Shown: piece after piece, positions 23,282 through 32,491 of the stretch
Layout: each line of letters opens with the position of its first letter
Position numbering within the stretch: the stretch's first letter is position 1
DNA from: Thermodesulfobacteriota bacterium
Lineage (GTDB): Bacteria; Desulfobacterota_D; UBA1144; Nemesobacterales; JAJCZQ01
Assembly: GCA_965203965.1 (NCBI GenBank)
Contig: CBDBDR010000017.1
Coordinates: forward strand, 1,280,001-1,344,000
Length of the DNA: 64,000 bases
Direction: 5' to 3'
Made by a program: the position numbers and the translations under genes
Notes under the pieces: model-generated
Told to the model about the DNA's origin: nothing
What the model saw: only the letters and a program-made list of their open reading frames with translations
Database searches by the model: none

Positions 23282-25696
23282 TTATTGCATTTTTGATAAA
23301 GAATTTTTCTTAGTTGTCAAAAATTTTTTTATTTGCGGTCTTTTTGGTGTCAGTTTGATCTCTTCGTTTCCATGCACCAAAATCATCTCTTTATGGTTTA
23401 ATAAACTGTATTTTATACTTCTCTGATTAATTTCCACTTCTATAACGCTACCCCTGAAGGTTACAGGGAATTTTAGCCCTTTTATATGTTGCGGGAGATT
23501 CGGCTCAAAAACAAGTGTTTTGCTGTTCTCTTTCATTCCAGCAAAGCCAAAAACAAATACCATCCACGCTCCCGCCATGGAAGCAATATGGCATCCATCA
23601 CTAACGTTGCCGGAGATATTTGCGAGGTCCATCAATACTGCCTCCTTCGCATATAGAAAAGCCTTGTTGTGATAACTGATCTTTGAGGCAACTATGCTTT
23701 GGATACAAACAGAAAGGGAGGAATCCCGTGTTGTAAGAGGGTCATAATAATCAAAATTTCTTTTTGTTTCCTCTTTAGAGAATCTGTGATCCAGAAGAAA
23801 AGTCGTCAATACAACGTCAGCCTGCTTGATTACCTTGTGTCTATATATAACAAGTGGATGAAAATTCAGCAGGAGTGGGTATTTATCCGAAGGAGTGTTT
23901 TTAAAGTCCCACTGTTCCTTGCTTATAAATTCATCGTCCTGCGAATGGATTTTCCTTTCTTTATCGTAAGGGATAAACATATTGTCGGCGGCTTTTTTCC
24001 AGCATTCTATTTCCGTAGTTTTCAGTTTTGTTTTATGAACAAGGTCTTCAAAGATCTCATGTTCCGACTTTCTTAATTTTTCCACTGTCTCTACTGCAAA
24101 TCGTAGATTTTCCTGTGCCATTAAATTTGTGTATAGATTATTGTTGACCACCGTGTTGTATTCGTCCGGACCCGTTACACCGTGAATACAAAACTGACCA
24201 CCTTTGCTTTTTGAATAAAAACCCAAGTCGGCCCAGAGTCTTGCCGTTTCTACAAGCATTTCCGCTCCGTATCTAAAAAGAAAATCATAATCTTCCGTGG
24301 AGTTGACGTATTTTTTCATTGCATAAATTATGTCGGCATTTATATGATACTGGGCAGTTCCCGCTGCATAGTAAGCAGAGGCTTCTTTTCCGTTGATAGT
24401 TCGCCATGGAAACATTGCCCCTTTTTGATTCAGCTTTCTGGCGTATTCTCTTGCTTTGTCAATTATGCTATATCTGAAGTTCAGGAGTTTTTTGGCAATT
24501 TCCGGCTTTGTGTAAACAAGGAAAGAAGAAAGAAATATATCCATGTCCCAGAAATAATGACCTTCATAAGCCTGTCCAGTCAATCCTTTTGCGGGCACTC
24601 CTCTCCCCTCAACCCTTGCAGTTGCCTGACAGAGGTGAAAAAGATTGAACCTTACCGCTTGTTGCATTTCTTCCGTAGAGAAATTGGGAACAGACTTGTA
24701 TAGTGCAACTTGAATATCGCTTTTTTTCCAGAAATCATCCAGATAGTCTTTCTGTCCTTTTAACAAACCATCAAAACCAAACCTCTTTGCTCTGCTCAGA
24801 GCCCTTTTTGCCCTGTTTGAAAGCTCCTGAGGGGTATGAGGAGCCGTTATCGTAGTGTGATAGGTAATATATTTAGTCAGGGTTATAGGCTCTCCGGGTT
24901 GTGCATCTATCATATACTGGACTTCTCCTTTATCCTCTTTGCATTTACTCGTATAGGAATGTGAGCAATTGGTTTCAAGTTTGTGATCTATACCCGAGGC
25001 AACCAACAAATTGCTGTTTTTCGTGGAGTGGCATAATATAAGTCTTGTATCATCCATTAAATGAAATTCAGGCTGAAGCACCTTGTAGTCAAAATTTCTT
25101 GATTGTCTTGGATCCAGTTCCAATTTGTTTTTACCGTTTACGTTATTGCCGTTGTTTATGATCTCAGAACTTATAACAACCGGTGCGTTAGCATTCAACA
25201 CGGTTACTTGATATGAAATTGAAGCGAGATGCCTGTGCTCAAAAGATACTAGCCGTGTTGATTTGATAAGTATTTCCTTATCAGAACCAAGTTTCCATAT
25301 TGCCTCTCTTTCCAAAGTACCGCGCTTCATATCCAATACTCGCTCAAATTTCAGGAGTTTGGCTGTAGGAAGGTAGAAAGGTTCGTCATCAACGTAGAGC
25401 TTTATTATTTTTGAATCCGTTACACTTACAATAGTTTGACCCATCTTGGCAAATCCATAGGCTCTTTCACCATAAGTTATTGGCCATGACTCATAAAATC
25501 CATTTATGAAAGTCCCGTTTTCAAAACAAGGTTGCCCTTCTTCAAAAACCCCTCTTACTCCAAGATAACCATTGGAGAGTGAAAACATGGTTTCAGTCTG
25601 TCCCAATAGTTTGGGATAGAACTTTTTCTCAATTATTTTCCACTCGTCGACAGGGTAAATGTGTTTGGGAAGCTCAGGTTCTTTTCTATGTTTCAT
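23282..25696 (-). CDS. Glycoside hydrolase family 65 (maltose/trehalose/kojibiose phosphorylase-like)
   Basis: SNGYLGVRG, KGLTGQAYEGHYFWD, GPDEY, KQADV and DSSLS motifs. Confidence 0.93.
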   Translation of the reverse strand: MKHRKEPELPKHIYPVDEWKIIEKKFYPKLLGQTETMFSLSNGYLGVRGVFEEGQPCFENGTFINGFYESWPITYGERAYGFAKMGQTIVSVTDSKIIKLYVDDEPFYLPTAKLLKFERVLDMKRGTLEREAIWKLGSDKEILIKSTRLVSFEHRHLASISYQVTVLNANAPVVISSEIINNGNNVNGKNKLELDPRQSRNFDYKVLQPEFHLMDDTRLILCHSTKNSNLLVASGIDHKLETNCSHSYTSKCKEDKGEVQYMIDAQPGEPITLTKYITYHTTITAPHTPQELSNRAKRALSRAKRFGFDGLLKGQKDYLDDFWKKSDIQVALYKSVPNFSTEEMQQAVRFNLFHLCQATARVEGRGVPAKGLTGQAYEGHYFWDMDIFLSSFLVYTKPEIAKKLLNFRYSIIDKAREYARKLNQKGAMFPWRTINGKEASAYYAAGTAQYHINADIIYAMKKYVNSTEDYDFLFRYGAEMLVETARLWADLGFYSKSKGGQFCIHGVTGPDEYNTVVNNNLYTNLMAQENLRFAVETVEKLRKSEHEIFEDLVHKTKLKTTEIECWKKAADNMFIPYDKERKIHSQDDEFISKEQWDFKNTPSDKYPLLLNFHPLVIYRHKVIKQADVVLTTFLLDHRFSKEETKRNFDYYDPLTTRDSSLSVCIQSIVASKISYHNKAFLYAKEAVLMDLANISGNVSDGCHIASMAGAWMVFVFGFAGMKENSKTLVFEPNLPQHIKGLKFPVTFRGSVIEVEINQRSIKYSLLNHKEMILVHGNEEIKLTPKRPQIKKFLTTKKNSLSKMQ

Positions 25697-25761
25697 CTGC
25701 TGTTCGTAACTGGGGAGCAGGATAAAAAACGATACTCGTTTTTTACTAATTTTAAATTGTT

Positions 25762-26514
25762 TTATACAATAAGTTCTCCCAGATCTCCAACTGTTATATC
25801 TGCACCGTTGCTTGAAAGCTCATCGGCGTTATTCTTGCGTGCAACTCCTATCACAAGTCCAAAATTGCCATTCCTGCCGGCTTGAACTCCTGATATTGAA
25901 TCTTCAATTACAACTGCTTTGTCAGGTTTAACTTTCAACTCTTTTGCAGCTTCAAGATACGTGTCCGGTGAAGGTTTGCCTTTAAGCCTCTTTTGGACTG
26001 CTACCTTACCATCAATCCTGATAGCAAAAAGATGCAGTATCCCCGCCGAATTTAAAATGGTTTCACAATTGCGGCTTGAGGAAACAATTGCCAATTTAAT
26101 ACCGTCCCGCATTATGTTTTTAACAAGGTCAATAGAGCTTTGATAAACTTCAACCCCTTTGTTTTGTATGGTAGATCTAACGAGTTCATTTTTCCTGTTT
26201 CCAATGCCGTGGATGCTTTCTTCTGAAGCAGGAGAATCTGAACTCCCTTCTTTTAAATTTATATTGCGTGAATTCAGAAAACACCTGACCCCTTCATATC
26301 TTGGTTTGCCGTCAACATAAAGCAGGTAGTCGTGTTCAGTATCAAAAGGCTTGAAAATTCTACCGTTTTTCTCTGCCTGTTTTTTTAGAAAGCTATCAAA
26401 AGTTAGTTTCCAGCAAGTTGCGTGTATTTTTGCCGAATCGGTTATAACCCCGTCAAGATCAAACAGAACTGCTTCAAATTTTTCAGGATCTATGGGTTGT
26501 TTGATTTTTTTCAT
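25762..26514 (-). CDS. Beta-phosphoglucomutase family HAD hydrolase
   Basis: FDLDGVITD, YVDGKPRYEG, GKPSPD and EDS motifs; directly upstream of GH65. Confidence 0.88.
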   Translation of the reverse strand: MKKIKQPIDPEKFEAVLFDLDGVITDSAKIHATCWKLTFDSFLKKQAEKNGRIFKPFDTEHDYLLYVDGKPRYEGVRCFLNSRNINLKEGSSDSPASEESIHGIGNRKNELVRSTIQNKGVEVYQSSIDLVKNIMRDGIKLAIVSSSRNCETILNSAGILHLFAIRIDGKVAVQKRLKGKPSPDTYLEAAKELKVKPDKAVVIEDSISGVQAGRNGNFGLVIGVARKNNADELSSNGADITVGDLGELIV

Positions 26515-26769
26515 AAGATAATTTTCAGGTTACATGACGGCGAAAAACGCTTGTATGGAAACATTTGAGCTATCATTTTACCATAATTGTAATAATTAAA
26601 GCTAAAAAAATGGAAATGGAATGTAATAATAATTGGCGTCGGAGTAATCATCTGGTGTACGGAATGGGAATAGACGCGATTATTTCCCGCAAGTTCAAGT
26701 AAAACAAAATTAAAGAGACATTCAGGTTATCTTTGCATTTTCATTAAAATTCTGGATTATAATCTGGAT

Positions 26770-27465
26770 ATGACCGCATCGGAAAAACTGTCTGATAGAG
26801 CTAAAGGGGGTAAGAGACCGGAATCCTCAAAGCTGCTAGGCGTGGGGATCAAAGAGTGGTGGCTTCTTCTTATAAGGCCCATTGAAAACTATTTAATTGA
26901 TAATAAATACCATCCCAACGTATTGACCGTTACAACTCTTATTGTTTCAATGATCTCCGGATACTTCTTTCATCTGGGCTGGGTTTTTATGGGAGGGGTT
27001 TTAATATTAGCTGGCTCAACCTTTGATATATTCGACGGCAGAGTTGCTAGGGCACAGGGGTTAAGCACTCCACACGGGGCATTTTTTGATTCCTGTTTGG
27101 ACAGGTTTTCAGAGGCCTTCATATACATAGGTCTGTTAAGCTACTTTAAGGATTCTTATTATATCTACATATTATCCTTTATCGTGTTTTCAACTATGAT
27201 GGTTAGCTATACTAGAGCACGTGCAGAGGGTTTAGGTGTGAACTGTGAAGTTGGAATAATGCAGAGAACTGAAAGGATAGTTTACTTGGGGTTGTTTTCT
27301 GTCTTTAATTATTTTGGAAATATTGTTACGGTGTATCTCGGGTTTGCGCCCGGGGATTATCTGTTGAAAATATCACTGATTATTTTACTTGTGTTTTCCA
27401 CTTATACTGCATTACAGAGAATGGTTCACGTATTAAATTGGCTGAAGCGACAAGACGAAAACTGA
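26770..27465 (+). CDS. CDP-alcohol phosphatidyltransferase
   Basis: DIFDGRVAR...GAFFDSCLDR signature and SYTRARAE. Confidence 0.92.
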   Translation: MTASEKLSDRAKGGKRPESSKLLGVGIKEWWLLLIRPIENYLIDNKYHPNVLTVTTLIVSMISGYFFHLGWVFMGGVLILAGSTFDIFDGRVARAQGLSTPHGAFFDSCLDRFSEAFIYIGLLSYFKDSYYIYILSFIVFSTMMVSYTRARAEGLGVNCEVGIMQRTERIVYLGLFSVFNYFGNIVTVYLGFAPGDYLLKISLIILLVFSTYTALQRMVHVLNWLKRQDEN

Positions 27466-27491
27466 CGTTACTTATATCCGTTCTTGTTTGA

Positions 27492-27833
27492 TTAAGTTCT
27501 TTCCTTGATACGGCTTGCCTTCTTTGATAGTCCACGCAAGTAATAAAGTTTTGCCCTTCTTACCTTACCCTTTCTTTTTATTTCAATCTTATTTATGAGA
27601 GGTGAATGAACGGGAAATATTCTTTCAACTCCAATTCCATAAGAAATTTTTCTGACCGTAAAAGTCTCCCTGGAACCACCGCCTTTTTTCGCAATTACAA
27701 CACCTTCAAATATCTGGTTTCTTCTTCTGTCCCCTTCTTTAATGTTATAATGAACAGCTACTGTATCACCTGCTCTGAAATCGAGTATGTCTGTTCTTAT
27801 ATGTTCTTTTTCAAATTCGTCAATGATGTTCAT
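27492..27833 (-). CDS. rplS: 50S ribosomal protein L19
   Basis: [23 protein letters not shown] and RRAKLYYLR motifs. Confidence 0.98.
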   Translation of the reverse strand: MNIIDEFEKEHIRTDILDFRAGDTVAVHYNIKEGDRRRNQIFEGVVIAKKGGGSRETFTVRKISYGIGVERIFPVHSPLINKIEIKRKGKVRRAKLYYLRGLSKKASRIKERT

Positions 27834-27852
27834 TCTTATACTCCCTTGTAGA

Positions 27853-29154
27853 TCATATTGTGCAAGATAACAATCTGTCTAAAATTATTGACGCGGCGCT
27901 CCTGACCGACAGGTGATTATAACTGTCAAATCCCTTGATGGGTTTAAGAACATAGTCCGCTGAATCAATAATTTCGTCAGCTAGCCCCCAACCAGTTCCA
28001 AGAAAGATCAGGAACGGTTTATCTTCGTTGAATATTTTGTTTCTTAGCTCCTTATATCCGAGCATGTTATTTTTCTTTATCCTCGCATCTGTGGCAATTA
28101 TCTTTGGACTGGTTCCTTCTATTTTTTCTATATCTTTTGTGACTTCTTCAATACTTTCTCTTATGTCCACAATTTCCAGAGCCTCTTTGCGAGTTGGGTT
28201 GAAATCTACCCCAGGTCCTTCTGTCCAGTGTTCAATAACTTTTTTTACCAAATTTCTCTGATCCTGAATTGGATTTACAAGGTAGAATTTTTTAACTCCA
28301 TAGGTTTTCCCCACTCTTGCAATGTCATGAGCATCCAAATTGGTAAAGGAAGTTGTAATTTTTTTAAGACTTCTATTGTAAACAGGATAGTGAATTAATG
28401 CAATATAGACTTTAAATTCAGGCTTGAGTTTCTTCTGCATATCCGTCAGAAATAGGATATCATCAACGTTTAGTTTTGTATGATCCAGCAGCTCCGGTCG
28501 ACGAATGAACGTTTTCCTTATACTTTCGTTGCGTCTCCATTTTTTCACTTCAGCATGATCACCTGACAAAAGAACGGATGGCACGTTGATACCATTAAAC
28601 ACTTCGGGTTTGGTATAATGGGGGTGTTCAAGCAGCCCTTTACTGTATGAATCATTGACGGCAGAGGTCTCGTTTCCCAATACGCCTGGGATCTTTCTTG
28701 AAACGGCATCCAATATTATCATTGCTGCATATTCACCACCTGATACAACGTAATTGCCGATAGATATCTCTCTATTTACGTAAAGCTCCCTGACCCTCTC
28801 GTCTATTCCTTCATATCTTCCGCACAGTATAAGTATTTGCTCATGATCTTTCAGTTCATTCACTAAATTGTCGTTTAATGTCTCACCTTGGGGGGACGTT
28901 AATACCACAAGAGATCTTTTATCCTTTTCCCTTATACTTTCAATAGCTTTTGAAAAAGGCTCAACGCTCATCAACATTCCCCCGCCGCCCCCATAGGGAG
29001 TGTCATCTACTGATCTGTGTTTGTTGTCGGTATAGTTTCTGAGATCATGGACGGCTATATCTATTACTGAGCCATCAAGAGCTTTTTTAATCACACCGAA
29101 TGAGAACACCGAATCAAAAAAGCCAGGGAAAATTGAGATAATATCAAACTTCAT
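27853..29154 (-). CDS. trmD: tRNA (guanine-N1)-methyltransferase TrmD fused to a C-terminal SPOUT-like RNA methyltransferase domain
   Basis: [21 protein letters not shown] and GGE motifs, then about 190 extra aa containing ALIHYPV, DAHDIAR, GTGWGL and YNHLSVRSA. Confidence 0.93.
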   Translation of the reverse strand: MKFDIISIFPGFFDSVFSFGVIKKALDGSVIDIAVHDLRNYTDNKHRSVDDTPYGGGGGMLMSVEPFSKAIESIREKDKRSLVVLTSPQGETLNDNLVNELKDHEQILILCGRYEGIDERVRELYVNREISIGNYVVSGGEYAAMIILDAVSRKIPGVLGNETSAVNDSYSKGLLEHPHYTKPEVFNGINVPSVLLSGDHAEVKKWRRNESIRKTFIRRPELLDHTKLNVDDILFLTDMQKKLKPEFKVYIALIHYPVYNRSLKKITTSFTNLDAHDIARVGKTYGVKKFYLVNPIQDQRNLVKKVIEHWTEGPGVDFNPTRKEALEIVDIRESIEEVTKDIEKIEGTSPKIIATDARIKKNNMLGYKELRNKIFNEDKPFLIFLGTGWGLADEIIDSADYVLKPIKGFDSYNHLSVRSAASIILDRLLSCTI

Positions 29155-29174
29155 AAACTGAGATCGTGGATTTA

Positions 29175-29678
29175 TTAGATCAGATCATCTATGGATTTTA
29201 TTACTATTTTTGAATAATTAAGGTCAATTTCTTTAACAAAAATGTCTATAAGTGGAACCATGTATTCGCTGGAACTGTTTTTAATAATAAGCACGGGTTG
29301 TGCCGTATTATCAATTATTGAATCCACTTTACCAATAAATGAGCCATTCCGACTGTAAACGTTCAAATTGACAAGCTCAAACCAATAGTATTCATCTTCC
29401 TGTTTGGAAGGAAGTTCTTCTTTGTCAACGTGGACTTCTTTACCGCGAAGTAGTTCTGCATCCTCTATACTGTCAATATCTTGGATCCGGACGATGATCA
29501 GGTTTTTATGGAATTTTTTAGCTAATACTTCATGTTGCCCGAACTCATCTTTATTTGAGTTTATGTATAAGTGCTGAATCTGACTGAAATTTTCAGATTG
29601 ACCGCTGTATGGGAGGACTTTTACCTCACCTTTAAGACCGTGTGGTTTCAGAATTTTACCATAAGTGATAAGATCCAT
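29175..29678 (-). CDS. rimM: 16S rRNA processing protein RimM
   Basis: GKILKPHGLKGEVKV and DEYYWFEL motifs; operon position. Confidence 0.95.
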   Translation of the reverse strand: MDLITYGKILKPHGLKGEVKVLPYSGQSENFSQIQHLYINSNKDEFGQHEVLAKKFHKNLIIVRIQDIDSIEDAELLRGKEVHVDKEELPSKQEDEYYWFELVNLNVYSRNGSFIGKVDSIIDNTAQPVLIIKNSSSEYMVPLIDIFVKEIDLNYSKIVIKSIDDLI

Positions 29679-29681
29679 TCT

Positions 29682-29921
29682 TTATTCTAAAATTTCCAAT
29701 ACAGCACGTTTTTTCATTTTAGCGGCAGCCGCACTGAGTATGGTTCTTATGGCTTTAGCGGTTTTTCCTTGTTTACCGATTATTTTCCCCAAATCTCCCG
29801 ACGCCACCTTTAGTTCTATAATTGTTATTTGCTCGCCAACTACTTCCTTAACTTCTACTTCATCCGGATTGTCAACAAGTGACTTTGATAACATTAAAAC
29901 CAAATCTTTGAGCTTATCCAC
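29682..29921 (-). CDS. khpA: KH-domain RNA-binding protein KhpA
   Basis: [17 protein letters not shown]; between rpsP and rimM. Confidence 0.93.
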   Translation of the reverse strand: MDKLKDLVLMLSKSLVDNPDEVEVKEVVGEQITIIELKVASGDLGKIIGKQGKTAKAIRTILSAAAAKMKKRAVLEILE

Positions 29922-29952
29922 AGTGGTTTCTCCTCAATCGTATTTGCTAATT

Positions 29953-30192
29953 TCAGTTTCGCAAGGATTCTGGCAGAAGTTTTTTTACACGGTTTGTTGG
30001 TTGTGCACCATTTCCTAACCATGTCTTGATTTTATCTTCATCAAATTTAAGAACGTGTGGCTCCTTTGTAGGGTCGTAGTATCCTAAAATATCCAGAAAC
30101 TTTCCGTCTCTGGGTGCACGGATGTCTGCTGCGACTATTCTGTAAAAAGGTCTCTTTTTAGATCCCAATCTTGTGAGTCTGATTTTTACCAA
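29953..30192 (-). CDS. rpsP: 30S ribosomal protein S16
   Basis: [19 protein letters not shown] and PRDG motifs; TTG start after AGGAGG. Confidence 0.98.
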   Translation of the reverse strand: MVKIRLTRLGSKKRPFYRIVAADIRAPRDGKFLDILGYYDPTKEPHVLKFDEDKIKTWLGNGAQPTNRVKKLLPESLRN

Positions 30193-30242
30193 AACTTGTT
30201 TACCTCCTAACTGTTTTTAAATCCTGTTATTATCGGTGTTGA

Positions 30243-31577
30243 TCAAAAATAATTCATCATCTTTTTGGCAAGTCTACCAGTTTTGCCCATGTTTTTCATC
30301 ATTTTTTGCATCTGCATATAATTCTTAATCATCTTGTTTATGTCTTCAACTCTTGTGCCACTGCCTTTTGCAATCCTTTTTCTCCTGTTTCCATTAAGTA
30401 TAGTATGGTTTCTCCTCTCTTTAAGGGTCATTGAATCTATTATTACTGTGTATTTTTTCATTTCCTTTTCTGCTGTTTGAATTGCCAGCGGATTTTTTGC
30501 TGTCTTGTTTGCAATCGGTATCATCTCGGAAATACTTTCAAGAGAGCCTAATTTATTCATGGCCGATATTGATTCCCTGAAATCCTCCAGAGAAAATTGT
30601 CTCTTGAGTATTTTCTGTGCCATCTTTTTGGCTTTTTTCTCTTCAAACGCGTTCTGTGTTTTTTCAATTAAAGTCAGAACGTCACCCATTCCGAGTATTC
30701 TGGATGCTATTCTGTCCGGATGGAATGCTTCAAGAGCGTCCAGTTTTTCTCCTGTCCCGAAAAATTTGATAGGCTGTCCGGTTACTGATTTTATAGACAG
30801 TGCTGCTCCGCCTCGCGCATCTCCATCCATTTTCGTTAATATGATCCCGTCCACTTCCAGAGCTTCATTAAAGTTCTTTGAAGCGTTTACAGCATCCTGT
30901 CCCGTCATAGCATCAGCCACAAACAGTATCTCCTTAGGGTCAAGAGAGTTTTTTATGAAGATCAATTCGTTCATCAATTCCTGATCTATGTGTAATCTTC
31001 CGGCGGTGTCTATTATCACAACGTCATTGCCGTTTAACTTTGCTTGTTCGGTTGCATTTATACATATATCCACCGGGTTAGATCCGGGTTTGGTATCAAA
31101 GACGGGAATATTTATGCTGTTTCCAAGAACTTTCAGTTGTTCAACAGCCGCAGGCCTGTAAACGTCGGCTGGCACTAAAAGAGGGGTTTTCTTTTTAGAG
31201 TCAACGAGGTATTTTGCTAACTTAGATGCAGAGGTGGTTTTACCAGAGCCTTGAAGTCCAACCAGCATTATTACAACGGGGGGCACCTCGTTGAGGTTCA
31301 ACTCCGAACTGTTTTCCCCAAGTATTTTTATAAGTTCTTCATGGACAATTTTTACAAACTGTTGACCTGGAGTAAGGCTTTCTGCAACCTCACTCCCCAT
31401 AGACCTTTCCTTTATGGAATTTATGAAGTCACGTGCAACTGTGAAGTTTACATCCGCTTCCAGCAGGCTAAGCCTTATTTCTCTCAGGGAATCCTTTATG
31501 TTGTCTTCACTGAGCTTTCCGTAGCCTCTGACTTTTTTTAAGGTTGCATTTAGTTTTTGGGATATTCCTTCAAACAT
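30243..31577 (-). CDS. ffh: Signal recognition particle protein
   Basis: GLQGSGKTT, DTAGR, TKMDGDARGG and an M domain. Confidence 0.98.
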   Translation of the reverse strand: MFEGISQKLNATLKKVRGYGKLSEDNIKDSLREIRLSLLEADVNFTVARDFINSIKERSMGSEVAESLTPGQQFVKIVHEELIKILGENSSELNLNEVPPVVIMLVGLQGSGKTTSASKLAKYLVDSKKKTPLLVPADVYRPAAVEQLKVLGNSINIPVFDTKPGSNPVDICINATEQAKLNGNDVVIIDTAGRLHIDQELMNELIFIKNSLDPKEILFVADAMTGQDAVNASKNFNEALEVDGIILTKMDGDARGGAALSIKSVTGQPIKFFGTGEKLDALEAFHPDRIASRILGMGDVLTLIEKTQNAFEEKKAKKMAQKILKRQFSLEDFRESISAMNKLGSLESISEMIPIANKTAKNPLAIQTAEKEMKKYTVIIDSMTLKERRNHTILNGNRRKRIAKGSGTRVEDINKMIKNYMQMQKMMKNMGKTGRLAKKMMNYF

Positions 31578-31865
31578 TTACGATTTGGTTAATTTATATT
31601 TCGGCAGTGGAGAATCATTTTGAGGTTACAAAACACAAATTGGCACTCTATCATACAGGTATTCAAAGTCAAATGATCACAACATTAGGTAAATTACTGA
31701 AAAGTTTGATATTTTTGGGACATTTTTGAGACTTATATACTTTGTTGCTCAAAAATATTTCATAATTTACCAATCCCTCAGGTTTTTTTATGGAAAAATT
31801 TGCGGATGTGAATTATACTTAAAGGAATTTACGCAAAATCCAGACCCCGATTTTCATCTAAGATC

Positions 31866-32450
31866 ATGAGATACGGAGTTTTTCATTACATAAAACAATT
31901 TCTTCGCTATCCGACAAGGACTGGGTCGATCGCACCTTCCTGTACGGAGCTAAGCGATCTGATCACTGACCAGGCTCAACTTGACGAGGTCGGTACCGTA
32001 ATTGAATTTGGTTCGGGGACGGGAGTTTTTACGGAGAAAATCATGCAGAAAATATCTGATGACACCATGTTTTTTGCACTTGAGATAAACCCAGAGTTTG
32101 TTGAAGCAACAAGGCAAAGGTGCCCGGACGTTATTGTTTACAACGATACGGCTGAAAATGCGAAAATTCATCTTGAAAGACACGGTAAATCAACCTGCGA
32201 CTGCGTAATATCAGCTCTCCCGTGGGCGTTGTTTGACTCCAACCTGCAGGACAGGATACTTGGCACGGCATATGATATTTTAAAGCCCGGTGGAAAACTC
32301 GTTACCATGGCATACTTGCATGGGCTTGCTTTGCCTAAGGCTCAACTATTTAAGACAAAGCTCTACAACATGTTCCCAAGAGTTATTAAATCCAAGACGG
32401 TCTGGTCCAATCTACCACCTGCCTTTGTTTATTGTGCTATCAAAAAATAA
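31866..32450 (+). CDS. Class I SAM-dependent methyltransferase (phospholipid N-methyltransferase-like)
   Basis: TGSIAPS, EFGSGTG, VISALP and NLPPAFVY motifs. Confidence 0.8.
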   Translation: MRYGVFHYIKQFLRYPTRTGSIAPSCTELSDLITDQAQLDEVGTVIEFGSGTGVFTEKIMQKISDDTMFFALEINPEFVEATRQRCPDVIVYNDTAENAKIHLERHGKSTCDCVISALPWALFDSNLQDRILGTAYDILKPGGKLVTMAYLHGLALPKAQLFKTKLYNMFPRVIKSKTVWSNLPPAFVYCAIKK

Positions 32451-32491
32451 CACTTTTGACATACCCTACATGAGAATGGATATTTAGAGCG

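Noticed and set aside
31578..31865. SRP RNA near ffh
   Set aside because: AT-rich divergent promoter region with no GC-rich SRP hairpin.
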